Source: Verrucomicrobiota bacterium (GTDB lineage: Bacteria; Verrucomicrobiota; Verrucomicrobiia; Opitutales; Coraliomargaritaceae). Taken from it: DNA of 64,000 nucleotides. The DNA is taken from positions 32,001 through 96,000 of the forward strand of contig JBCBZJ010000009.1 in NCBI GenBank assembly GCA_039815375.1. The letters are read 5' to 3'. Made by a program: the position numbers and the translations under genes. This document shows positions 41,401-49,264 of the stretch, in pieces. A model generated the notes under the pieces. The model was given only the letters and a program-made list of their open reading frames with translations. It ran no database searches and had not been told where the DNA came from. The first letter of the stretch is position 1, and the number at the start of each line of letters is the position of its first letter.

Positions 41401-42938
41401 CCGCTGTGCTGGATCGTGCTTCCCTCGGTGCCGGCTTGTATTTACTGACTGATGGTCCGGTTGAACTGGTTGCTGCGGTCACCCGATTGCTCAAGGCCCG
41501 TGGCGCGTCGGTTACGGTTTTGGAGACTGCCGACTACATGTCTGCGGAACGACTCAAAGCGCGCGTTTCGGCTCTACGCGAGCAGATGCCGATTGCGGGT
41601 ATCATTCACCTGGCGGGAATCGGAGATAAGGCGTGGCCGGATAATTTTGATGAGCTGAAAACCCAAACTCGAATGGATACCAAGAGTTTCTTTCAACTTA
41701 TCCAGCTCTGTCGTGAGAACCTGATGAAGCTTTCAGAGAAGGGTGGTGGGCAAGTTGTTTCCGTGTCACACCTTGATGGACTTTTTGGGCGGGGAGGTAG
41801 CCGGATCGCAGGTTTTCCGACCGTCGGAAGTAGTGTGGGTCTGTTGAAAACACTTCATACGGAATCGGAAGGTTTACACCTGCGGGCTCTGGATTTTGAT
41901 GGGCAACTTTCTGTTGAAGACGAGGCAGAAAAAATTGTGGCTGAAACACTGATTCCCGGTGATGCGATCGAGATTGGCTACCAAGCTGGTGTTCGACATA
42001 CATTTCACGCTGAAATAGTCGAGCGGATGGAGGCTCCAAATTGGAAGCAAACCGTTCCGCCATCGCGCGAGAATTGGGTTGTGCTGGCGACAGGCGGCGC
42101 GCGTGGGATCACGGCTGAAATTCTCAAGCGCTATGCCGAGCCCGGTATGCAGATTGTTCTCGTCGGACGCTCTCCTGTCGGTGAAGCCCCTGTTTTTGAG
42201 GGTGCCGATGCCGAGGACGTTGATTCATTGCGTAAAGCCTTGATCGCAGAGATGCAGGGCCGGAACGCAAAAATCACTCCAGCTGCGATCGAATCCGAGC
42301 TTCGTTCGATACTTGGGCAGCGTGAACGCTTACGTAACCTTCGTGATCTGGAGGCACGGGGCGCAGTCGTTTCCTATCACGCTGTTGATGTCGCCGATGA
42401 GGCTGTCTTCAAACCTTTCCTCGAAGAGCTCTATTCGCGCTTTGAGCGGATCGATGCGGTTTTTCACGGGGCCGGTGTTCTCGAAGACAAATTGATCGCC
42501 GATAAAACGCTCGATTCGTTTGATCGCGTATTTGATGTGAAAGTGGATAGCACCTTCCTCCTGACGAAACATCTCAAACCCGATTCCTTGCGCGAGTTGG
42601 TGCTTTTCTCGTCGATTGCGGGTCGTTTCGGAAATCGCGGTCAAGTGGACTATGCGGCGGCAAATGAGGCTCTGAACCGTTTTGCGTGGGTGCTGGACCG
42701 TTCATGGGAGCAGACACGGGTCGTGTCCATGAACTGGGGACCGTGGGCATCTGCAGGAATGGCAGTCGATCCGCAGATTGCTGCTCAGTTCCAAAAACAG
42801 GGCATCGTTCCCATTGATACGGAGGACGGCAGCCGCGTAATGTTAGAGGTTCTCAATAGTCAAATTGCCCCTGATGCCGTGGAAATCATTGCGGGCCTTG
42901 GAAACTGGGTTCAGGGTGGCCCGATGATCGCTGGATAA
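35448..42938 (+). CDS. Pfa/Hgl-like iterative type I PKS: FabK/PfaD-type ER - KS - AT - ACP - KR
   Basis: N-terminal FMN TIM-barrel motifs (KGNESGGRVG; PIVQGPMTRVSD; EGRECGGHVG; FAGGIHD); KS DAACASS, HGTGT, GHTK; AT GHSYG…PFHS; ACP ELGIDSIK; KR TGGARGI, YAAAN. Confidence 0.92.
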   Translation: MKNSVTERFECLVFTPLHLDHPGLAIAAAQAGAVPVFDFEYAASEYGSQIQANFRRFLDATDAGTTCYGIRSTPEQLARCLEWIGTEETPLCDRIILHGWMSDKLAATLDEIEPTGCRLFLEVTSASEIEPIREYLPKIDGLVGKGNESGGRVGTESSYVLIQKLIDAQELPVYVRGGIGAHSAAACRVLGASGIVLDDTLWLFPESPLCHSLGPVLRRVDVKDSIIVGAELGAGCRFLQRPDLPAARGLVDHARQLEAALERRGESAVQAEWLSCLSDELGFEEKPNGVMPVLPLGPLAVFSDAYAKRFKSLARYIHHILSSSTEAVKQSRLQSTLAPDSPMAVDHGTRYPIVQGPMTRVSDRAEFAVRLAESGGLPMLALALMRAEQVKTLLDETRASIGDQAWGVGLLGFAPKDLLDAQIKEVLRVKPGFALLAGGRPTQAGILEAEGIKTYIHAPVPSLLTNFLEQGARRFVLEGRECGGHVGPLSSFVLWEEAIEVLLRHSRSKQAEPVSVLFAGGIHDRRSAAMVAAMAAPLVDAGARVGVLMGTPYIFTQEAVETGAIMSEFQQQARICERTTIIESSPGHQIRCSTTPFMDEFRRARRSYLEQGLSGVEIKDALEHLSLGRLRIASKGVTRSKDGGLEEVSAEDQVRDGMYMLGDTATMHADTCSLEELHREVSIGCVDWLQELDFSEPPREPVAARPCQVAVVGMAAFLPGAEDVDAYWRNLLDLEDSMKEIPQEYWDWRLYYQDLQSGEERNLDQTVSKWGGFIKEVPFNPIQYGIPPNSLKRISPAQLLALESVYRTVQDAGYSFDEIDRENTSVIFGTDGSSPLKGHFIFRTLMPLFHYRDDSIMDRLPEWGEEAFPGILANVGPGRVANRFDLGGTNFVVDAACASSLKAIDLAVQELESGRSNCVIAGGVDIDQSPEAYVAFSSSHALSPTGRVRTFDQSADGIVISEGISVVMLKRLEDAERDGDRIYSVIQGVGSSSDGKALGLTAPNTSGQKRAFERAYRLSGVDPKTLGYYEAHGTGTVLGDRTELQSFHNLLSDSGAEPQSCAIGSHKTLIGHTKTAAGVTGLIKSSLSLYHRVLPPHKGVEAPIDGVQSKEDPVCIMDRASPWCAQGQKRRSAVSAFGFGGTNTHIVLEEYTASGRDLAPGAAKWPCELCIFTAKDEISLVNELSGHLKLLESAESKIRLSDYAYSLAHEAETKTDCSHALTVIAQNLEELRKALESTLKILSESQSERRFPSHIRFAAARHEAAKIAFVFPGQGAQYINMARESALYFDEIRSVFERANQALDGCYEKPLSRYVFPSAAFTEADREEQRSSLTDTHVAQVAIGSVSLGYYHLLERLGISPDAVCGHSYGEFVALHVAGAYSEEAFLKLSEVRGREMASASALGGGMLVCFAERQQITELAREIGEDLCISNHNAPRQVVLAGTTDAVERMIAVCDQKEIRYRRLNVAGPFHSSLMEPAKAPLVEAIRSVEWSEPKIPVYSNMDGECYPEDIDGLKDCLERHLLHSVEFVSQIEQMHADGVDLFIECGPNGLFSKMIGQILEGEDHLALSLDRDEGAISHLLGCLAQLFNLGVWRLPLRLFSGRDVTFLDFAELRQQAAEARSQGPAPLWYVDGSGCRAANEKLKHPGKLSPLTYEESLELMEKQQRLETGQSPGHHNGSHNGEHVVIPSSQTSKNGTSHASGTPSASPAAAKPQTLHSMPMPTSNVGGLQPSEALAAYESYQQTMQQFLKMEESIMTRFLQGGVAPPHDVGDLKNSMVSAPAPEFVAAPSHAVSNSNGVAPSDMLAEPTSRAPESPPQVPVNAAEEMPQAAESSAASPAATEVAESTTVDTPDRAQMQASLLGLVSQLTGYPEDLLELDSDLESELGIDSIKRIEILTKVMDLLPSSMKKGLNAQFEHLTQIKTLSGILDEFEAFLESAAAETSAPVSSEKLVKLPSGPINATDALSESTCPLSVMVSERTELPAVLDRASLGAGLYLLTDGPVELVAAVTRLLKARGASVTVLETADYMSAERLKARVSALREQMPIAGIIHLAGIGDKAWPDNFDELKTQTRMDTKSFFQLIQLCRENLMKLSEKGGGQVVSVSHLDGLFGRGGSRIAGFPTVGSSVGLLKTLHTESEGLHLRALDFDGQLSVEDEAEKIVAETLIPGDAIEIGYQAGVRHTFHAEIVERMEAPNWKQTVPPSRENWVVLATGGARGITAEILKRYAEPGMQIVLVGRSPVGEAPVFEGADAEDVDSLRKALIAEMQGRNAKITPAAIESELRSILGQRERLRNLRDLEARGAVVSYHAVDVADEAVFKPFLEELYSRFERIDAVFHGAGVLEDKLIADKTLDSFDRVFDVKVDSTFLLTKHLKPDSLRELVLFSSIAGRFGNRGQVDYAAANEALNRFAWVLDRSWEQTRVVSMNWGPWASAGMAVDPQIAAQFQKQGIVPIDTEDGSRVMLEVLNSQIAPDAVEIIAGLGNWVQGGPMIAG

Positions 42939-42967
42939 GCCTTTTCAGCCAATTCATTCTATTAAGT

Positions 42968-43339
42968 ATGGGCACTCTTATCGACCAACATTATCGGGAA
43001 GTGCGCGAAAGAGCGCTTCTCTTCAGTTTCACGATCAAAGTCAATCTGGCCTTAGTTCAAGACGAGGAGGACTTCTATTTTTCTGGCGACTATGATATCA
43101 GCGGCATCGTTAATGTCTCTGGTCAAATCGATCCAAGAGGTCCAATTACAGGGGATTGTGAAGAGCGGGTTGAACTGAATTCCGGAAATGTCATCCAATA
43201 TCGGGTCGAGAACTGGTCCTATGAAGACGGTGAAGTTGCATGCACCTTATCCGTCGAAGCTGAGTATCAGGCACTCGGGAAAAAGCGCAGGGTCGTGATT
43301 TTCGAATCGGTTCAATACGCCGGGGAATTGACTTCATGA
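42968..43339 (+). CDS. Hypothetical protein (predicted beta-rich)
   Basis: 123-aa ORF between the PKS and the SDR; ATGA overlap with the SDR suggests translational coupling. Confidence 0.6.
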   Translation: MGTLIDQHYREVRERALLFSFTIKVNLALVQDEEDFYFSGDYDISGIVNVSGQIDPRGPITGDCEERVELNSGNVIQYRVENWSYEDGEVACTLSVEAEYQALGKKRRVVIFESVQYAGELTS

Positions 43340-44112
43340 CGAACCTCTCTGAGACGGAATCCTTGCGGCAGGTGGCTCTCATCGTGGGTGGAGCCAGTGG
43401 TATAGGCCTGGCAACAGCCGGGAAATTTCTCCAGTCTGGGGTGTGTGTGATGTTAGCGGATGTCAACACGAGTGCAGGCCAGCTGCGTTGCCGTGAGCTC
43501 CAGCAAGCCTACGGAGAGGATGCCTGCGCTTTTGTGTCGGTTGATGTTACGAACTCTTCATCCGTTGAAGCAATGGCGGAGACGACTCACCAGCGCTGGG
43601 GGCGGATTGATTTCCTCATCAATAGCGCCGGATTGGGAGCCACACCAAGTCTTCCTCATATGCTAGACGATGCGGAGTTCGAACGAACTCTCGGAGTGAA
43701 CCTGTCAGGGGTTTTTCGATCGATGAAGGCTGTGATACCTGTCATGTTACGCCAAAAGTCCGGATCTATCGTCAATTTGGGAAGTGTTGGAGGTATGCAC
43801 CCGATGCCGTACGGCTGCGACTATGGGGCGTCCAAAGCGGCAGTCATCTTCCTCAGCCGTTCGATGGCTCAAGCCTACGGTCGAAACGGAATCCGTGTCA
43901 ATGTAGTCAGTCCGGCATGGGTGGATACGCCGATGATTGATGAGGTTGTCGAGCGTAAGGGCCCTGAAATGCGAGAAAAAATGAAGTCGGATATTCCACT
44001 TGGGCGGATCGGGTGCCCCGAGGAGATCGCGGGCACAGTTTACTATGTTGCCTGCGATGCTTCCTTTATGTCCGGGAGCAATGTCACCGTCGATGGGGGA
44101 ATGGCATCCTAG
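43336..44112 (+). CDS. Short-chain dehydrogenase/reductase (FabG-like)
   Basis: GGASGIG, NSAG, YGASK, VDGG. Confidence 0.92.
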   Translation: MTNLSETESLRQVALIVGGASGIGLATAGKFLQSGVCVMLADVNTSAGQLRCRELQQAYGEDACAFVSVDVTNSSSVEAMAETTHQRWGRIDFLINSAGLGATPSLPHMLDDAEFERTLGVNLSGVFRSMKAVIPVMLRQKSGSIVNLGSVGGMHPMPYGCDYGASKAAVIFLSRSMAQAYGRNGIRVNVVSPAWVDTPMIDEVVERKGPEMREKMKSDIPLGRIGCPEEIAGTVYYVACDASFMSGSNVTVDGGMAS

Positions 44113-44278
44113 CTATTGATCAGCTGAATAAATGGAAAATCGCAGGCATTGCTTGCAGCCCTTCTTTTGCCGGATATTAATTTACAACGTACTTGACACT
44201 CCTTAAATTAAAAAACAATTTTTTCACAGTTAGGATTAAAAATAAATCAGCTTTTAAAGTATTTAACTCAAAACTAAT

Positions 44279-44689
44279 ATGGATAATTCAGATAAAGCAT
44301 TAAATGGAGCCAAACTTGTTGGTGAAGCCTATCTTCCTGGTTCAAGCTTATTGATCGATGGTGATATCCTCGGTGGCGGTGCCTACGCTGCGGCGGGTTT
44401 TGTTGCAGGTCGTTTCTTCGGTTTACCGGGAAAGCTTTTCGTAGCCGGCGAATCGTTCACTCGCTCCGTTGCCGGTAAGGGCCTTGTCGAACTTGTTGCT
44501 GATACAGCTGGTAAAGCAGTCAAAGGCGCAACTGAGAAAGTTCAATCAAAGGTGAGTCGTAAATCGGAAGTGAAGCAGTCCAAGGCACGCGATGAGCTAA
44601 AGGATGTTATTCGCGAGGTCATGCTCGAATTGAGCCAAGAGACCAAAGCTACCAGAACCCCTGCCAAGAAGGTAGCGGCTAAAGCCTAA
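44279..44689 (+). CDS. DUF6072-like small Gly-rich membrane protein
   Basis: NGAKLVGEAYLPGSSLLIDGDI…SFTRSVAGKGL; Lys/Ala-rich tail. Confidence 0.65.
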   Translation: MDNSDKALNGAKLVGEAYLPGSSLLIDGDILGGGAYAAAGFVAGRFFGLPGKLFVAGESFTRSVAGKGLVELVADTAGKAVKGATEKVQSKVSRKSEVKQSKARDELKDVIREVMLELSQETKATRTPAKKVAAKA

Positions 44690-44711
44690 TTTTTTCATAG
44701 TCTATCTTTCG

Positions 44712-44743
44712 AAAGCCCATCGATATTTTCGGTGGGCTTTTTT
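44712..44743 (+). terminator. Rho-independent terminator
   Basis: AAAGCCCATCGA…TCGGTGGGCTTT stem followed by a T run. Confidence 0.75.
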
Positions 44744-45020
44744 GTCTTATAAGATTAACTGGTTTAGCCCGTTTTGCGGGAGTTTTAGCCTTATGTGGGC
44801 TGCTCGAGTCCGCCGCGGAATCATACAAGAACCCTGGAGACCCGAGGGAAGACCTCCCTTCCGATACAATCCTGCCTGACCTTTGCTCATTTGGTATAAA
44901 AACCCACGATTTTATTGGGCTGAGTGATAATCCAGAGTATTTGATGCTTTTACATTGACTCATGGCTGAGTCGGTGGGATTCGGTAGATTTAACAATCTA
45001 ACGATACGTTAATTATAAGT

Positions 45021-45218
45021 ATGATAACTATTCTTGCATTTGCGATAGGGCTAGGGTTGGGAATTTTCTTAACTTTAAAAATCCGTAGTCTACTCAAAGG
45101 TTTGATTCGACTCGCTTTCCGTCTCGCGCGGAGCCTTCAAAAATACAAGGAGGAGGTCTCTCAGGAAATCGAAGATTGCGCTTCTGAGGTCCAGTCCGAG
45201 TTGAAGAAAGCAAGCTGA
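45021..45218 (+). CDS. Small membrane-anchored protein, DUF5132-like
   Basis: N-terminal TM with GLGLG; RSLLKGLIR…EEVSQEIEDCASEVQSE helix. Confidence 0.55.
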   Translation: MITILAFAIGLGLGIFLTLKIRSLLKGLIRLAFRLARSLQKYKEEVSQEIEDCASEVQSELKKAS

Positions 45219-45264
45219 GGCGATCTTGCTTGGGCATTCAGGCCAAGCTTGAGTCGAATTCTGT

Positions 45265-47328
45265 ATGGTGGACTCTTCTGCTTCAATCAAACTACTGTCG
45301 ACTACCGGACTGAGGCAGCGCTGGAGAGTGCGTACTCTCTGCGGCGAGGTCTCGGAAGCGAAGCTTTTCGAAGCATTGCTGCGTGCAGATGCAACCGTTG
45401 AACGGGTTTCAGCTGACCCAGTTACCGGGAGGGTTCTCATTGTATTCAAACAATCCCGGGATACGGAAGAAGTTGCTGAGTACATCCAATCATCTCTGGT
45501 GCGGGTTGCCGCGATGCCCGAATCAGAGCGGATCAAGCTGATTGGGCGGACTCGGCAAAGTCCGGTAGGAGTCTTCCGGCTTTTAGGAGAGATTCCCGGG
45601 ATTAAAATCCTTCTCGTTTTGAAGGCAGTTGCGTTTTCGGTAACCTTTAACGCACTCAACATTCTGCCGCCCTTGATTTTTGCAGCAATTGCCTACTTAG
45701 GCATGAACGGCACCTTTGCGATAATGGAGAGCATGGGAGTCAACTCCTTGACCATGCAATTCATTCTGGTGGCAATCGGTGGTCTGATCGTATATTCAAT
45801 CCGTACTTATTTTTCTTTTTCGACCCGCGATGCCTGGCGTGAGCTAGGTCAAACGGTTCAGCACTCTTTGCGAACCAAGATTTTCAAGAAGGTCCAGTTT
45901 CTGGAGCTTCCCTATGTTGCCGATCGCACTCATTCCGGTATACGTGATGTAGTCAGCGAAGATACGGCTGCGGTTGAAGCTTTCTATGAAAAGGGGCTTG
46001 AGGACATCATACGCAAGGTAGTTACGTTGATCTTTGTCCAGCAGGTTTATCTGCTTCTCTCACCTCTGGTCGCGATTATTGTTTTTCTGATCATATTCGC
46101 ATTTTGGGTTTCGTGGTCCGTTTTTCACCGCAACGCGGCGATTCCCTACAAGGCTGCAGTTGAAGCAGACGCGGACCTGAACGAACACATCTCCAAAAAC
46201 ATTGCCGGAATTGAAACTGTGCGCAGCTACGTGGCGGAGAAGTTTGAAATAGAACGGATGCAGGATGCAAGTTTGCGTGCACTTGCTGCCGGTAAGCAGG
46301 CGACGCTGATTACCTGGTTGTATTCACATCTCGTGGATCTCTGTCTCTTCGTCTGCTTCCTCCTTATTTTGACTGTATCAGGAATCATGCTTGCCAATGG
46401 TTTGATTGATATCGGTGCATTTATTATTCTCGTCTTTCTGATACCGCGTGTGGGCGTCATCTTTGACAATATCGAAGAAACGCTCGACCTGTATCAACGG
46501 GCGAATGCGGCAAGCCGTCGGATTCTGGATCTACTGGCTATCCAACCAAGTAGTCAGAACCGGGTAGAGCAAAGCCTGGAGACGGCAGATATCAGGGGAC
46601 ACTTGGACTTCCGCTCGATCACATTTTCCTACACTGGGCGTTCTCCGGTCATTGCGGAGACGTCATTCGAGATTCCGGCTGGGAGCAGCTGCGCTTTTGT
46701 CGGAAGCACCGGTTCGGGCAAGAGCACTCTGGCGAGGTTGCTCATGCGCTTCTATGATTTGAATCAGGGGCAGATCTGTCTGGATGGCCACGATATCTCA
46801 GAGCTCAACGTCCAGTTCCTGCGTTCGCAAATCGGTTATGTTAGTCAGGACACCTATTTATTCAACGGAAAGCTAATTGATAACATTCGTTTCGGTAGAC
46901 CTGATGCGACGCTTGAGGAAGTCGTCACGGTGACTAAAATGGTCGGAATTTATGAGTTCATTGAAAAACTTGAGAATGGCTTCGATACCATCGTGGGAGA
47001 GCGTGGGCAGTTCCTCTCGGGAGGGCAGCGCCAGCTAATCTCTATTTCACGAGCTCTGATTAAGAATCCGAAGATTTTCATATTTGATGAGGCAACTTCC
47101 GCTTTGGATAATGAGACGGAGGCAATGATTCACAACGCAATCTCCAAGGTGATGCAGGATCGAACCACGATCGTGATTGCTCACCGTTTGAGTACTATCA
47201 CCAACGTCGACAAAATACATGTCCTCTCAGAGGCAGGTATTCATGAATCAGGATCGCATGAGCAATTGGTGAAAGACGACGGAATCTATGCTGCTTTGTG
47301 GAAGTTGCAGGCCCGCGGCTTAGGTTAG
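45265..47328 (+). CDS. ABC exporter (fused TMD + NBD) with an N-terminal HMA-like domain
   Basis: N-terminal RQRWRV…VERVSADPVTGRVLIVF; ~6 TM; GSTGSGKS, LSGGQ, DEATS, IAHRLS. Confidence 0.92.
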   Translation: MVDSSASIKLLSTTGLRQRWRVRTLCGEVSEAKLFEALLRADATVERVSADPVTGRVLIVFKQSRDTEEVAEYIQSSLVRVAAMPESERIKLIGRTRQSPVGVFRLLGEIPGIKILLVLKAVAFSVTFNALNILPPLIFAAIAYLGMNGTFAIMESMGVNSLTMQFILVAIGGLIVYSIRTYFSFSTRDAWRELGQTVQHSLRTKIFKKVQFLELPYVADRTHSGIRDVVSEDTAAVEAFYEKGLEDIIRKVVTLIFVQQVYLLLSPLVAIIVFLIIFAFWVSWSVFHRNAAIPYKAAVEADADLNEHISKNIAGIETVRSYVAEKFEIERMQDASLRALAAGKQATLITWLYSHLVDLCLFVCFLLILTVSGIMLANGLIDIGAFIILVFLIPRVGVIFDNIEETLDLYQRANAASRRILDLLAIQPSSQNRVEQSLETADIRGHLDFRSITFSYTGRSPVIAETSFEIPAGSSCAFVGSTGSGKSTLARLLMRFYDLNQGQICLDGHDISELNVQFLRSQIGYVSQDTYLFNGKLIDNIRFGRPDATLEEVVTVTKMVGIYEFIEKLENGFDTIVGERGQFLSGGQRQLISISRALIKNPKIFIFDEATSALDNETEAMIHNAISKVMQDRTTIVIAHRLSTITNVDKIHVLSEAGIHESGSHEQLVKDDGIYAALWKLQARGLG

Positions 47329-47341
47329 GCTTGATAGCGCT

Positions 47342-48394
47342 TTACGCCAATTTGAACTCCAGAATCTTACGACCGATTTTAGTCGGATGGACTCCAGCGA
47401 GTTCCAGACCCGCATCCGCAGCGATATCGGTATACTCTTTCTGCGTTCGGGATTTTCCGTTCACCAGGATCATAAAGTTCAGGTCGAGCCAGTTTGCCAT
47501 TTCCGAACCTGCCTCATCTGCCACCAGATACTCGATGATCAGCAGGCGTTTGTCGGCATTAGCTGATTCACTTGTTTGGTTGTGCCTCATTGCTTCACTT
47601 AGGCTTTTAAGTAGTTTCTTCGTTTGATGTTGGGGCCAGTTATGAATGGTATTTTTGATAATGTAGAGGTCCCCATCTGTGGGAACCGAATCGAAGAAGT
47701 CGCCCCCGATTAGACGAAGCTTCCCACTGGTTTCCAGGGCCTGCACGGGTTTGTAAGCCGTATCTGAGGATCGAAGTTGTTCGAAGGTGTCCTTACGATC
47801 AAACAGGGTTCCTTTACTGTTGCCTGCGGACTCGAGAATAGCTGTCAAGAAGGAGCCATGTCCGCCGCCAACATCAATGATGTGCTTGAATTGATCGAAT
47901 GGGAAAGACTTCGACAGAACTTGGTCATCACGGACTGAAAGGTCTGTCATCGCTTGGTGGAAGACTGCTTTGAGTTCGGGTTTGTCTGCTAAATAATCAA
48001 GTGTTCCAGATGCGGCTGTGTCTGCATATTTGCTACTTGGACCTTGTTTGAGGATGTCAGTAAGCTGGCCCCATGGATGATAGCGGTAGGGTGCTCCATT
48101 GAGGCGTGCAGCTGCACGTTGGCTCTGTGGATGATCGCTGCGAAGCAGGTCTCCGAGAGGACTTAGCACATAACCGTCATCATGATCAGTCTCGATCAAG
48201 TCCAGATTGGCAGCGCAGCGGAGAAAGCGTTCAAGCATTTCGGTGGCAGTTCCTGTTTGCTCAGCAAGATAATCTACGAAACGGCGCTCTCCATTAAAGC
48301 AGTCTGCTATGCCGAGCTCTGCAAATGTATAGGTCACGGAAGTGGCCCAGTTGCCGTAGATTAACTTGTGTACTTGAGGGATGAGCGAGGCCAT
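47342..48394 (-). CDS. SAM-dependent O-methyltransferase (dimerisation domain + Methyltransf_2)
   Basis: ELGIAD, IIDVGGGHG, GDFF, IHNW, LDLNFM. Confidence 0.9.
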   Translation of the reverse strand: MASLIPQVHKLIYGNWATSVTYTFAELGIADCFNGERRFVDYLAEQTGTATEMLERFLRCAANLDLIETDHDDGYVLSPLGDLLRSDHPQSQRAAARLNGAPYRYHPWGQLTDILKQGPSSKYADTAASGTLDYLADKPELKAVFHQAMTDLSVRDDQVLSKSFPFDQFKHIIDVGGGHGSFLTAILESAGNSKGTLFDRKDTFEQLRSSDTAYKPVQALETSGKLRLIGGDFFDSVPTDGDLYIIKNTIHNWPQHQTKKLLKSLSEAMRHNQTSESANADKRLLIIEYLVADEAGSEMANWLDLNFMILVNGKSRTQKEYTDIAADAGLELAGVHPTKIGRKILEFKLA

Positions 48395-48496
48395 GTGTAT
48401 TACTCTTGGTAGTTTGAATGTGGATATTTCTATCTATGATCGCGTTATTATTCGATCTTTCATGATGGAATCAACTCTAGGAATAAATCATTTGCA

Positions 48497-49264
48497 TCAG
48501 GAACCCTCTACTGCCTTCTCCAATGATCCTGGATCCAATTCAAAATGTAGAAGTTCTGTAATTGAGGAATCCGTCGCTATAGCGGATTGATAATCCTCAA
48601 TGTTGGAGATGTCGAAAAGTGACCACTCTCTAAGCACTTTTGTGCCTTGCTTATGGTTTACAGTGATTTGTAGGTCCCGGTCATCTAGAAAGTTAACGGA
48701 AAAAGTATCCAATTGCAGAGCTAAACCGAGGCCCACTGCTTTGATATAGGCTTCCTTGCAGGTCCAGCATCGATAGAAGGCATGTAGACGCTCGCTTTCC
48801 GGTAGCTCGCGAAGGTTCGTATACTCCCGAGGCGAGAAAAAGCGTTCTGCGAGTTTCATGTAATCCAGTGGGCGCTTCGGGTGGCAGCACTCGATATCGA
48901 TCCCGACTGGAGTAGATTTCGTGATCGCAATTTGTCCGTAATCGGCGGAGTGGGAGACGTTGAAACAAACGAACTCCCCCGAATCTATTTTCTTGAGCGA
49001 AGGTTTTCCATGCAGCGAGTATTCAATGTTCAGCTTTTCTGGTATTTTCTGTAGATACCGTGCAAGGAGAAGTCGCAGGCTGGCACGTGTGACGGTGTAG
49101 GAAGTCGAATGCTCTTCAAATTTAAATCGCAGAGCTCTCTCTTGCTCGTCGGAGCTTAATACTGTGAAGAGGTCTTTCTTTATTGGTTTGATCCGGTCAA
49201 TGCATAGAGTCCAGATATGCGCTGTGCGCTTATTTATAGTCATAACGCTTTTATCCTGAATCAT
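48497..49264 (-). CDS. Sfp/HetI-type 4'-phosphopantetheinyl transferase
   Basis: HGKP, FNVSHS, VGIDIE, FYRCWTCKEAYIKAVG. Confidence 0.93.
   Translation of the reverse strand: MIQDKSVMTINKRTAHIWTLCIDRIKPIKKDLFTVLSSDEQERALRFKFEEHSTSYTVTRASLRLLLARYLQKIPEKLNIEYSLHGKPSLKKIDSGEFVCFNVSHSADYGQIAITKSTPVGIDIECCHPKRPLDYMKLAERFFSPREYTNLRELPESERLHAFYRCWTCKEAYIKAVGLGLALQLDTFSVNFLDDRDLQITVNHKQGTKVLREWSLFDISNIEDYQSAIATDSSITELLHFELDPGSLEKAVEGS

Larger units (their letters stand above)
16692..49264. other. Hybrid Pfa-like PKS / modular PKS / NRPS biosynthetic gene cluster with sugar, sulfate and methyl tailoring genes
   Basis: Contiguous PKS/NRPS genes, ACP, PPTase, tailoring enzymes and an exporter. Confidence 0.85.
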
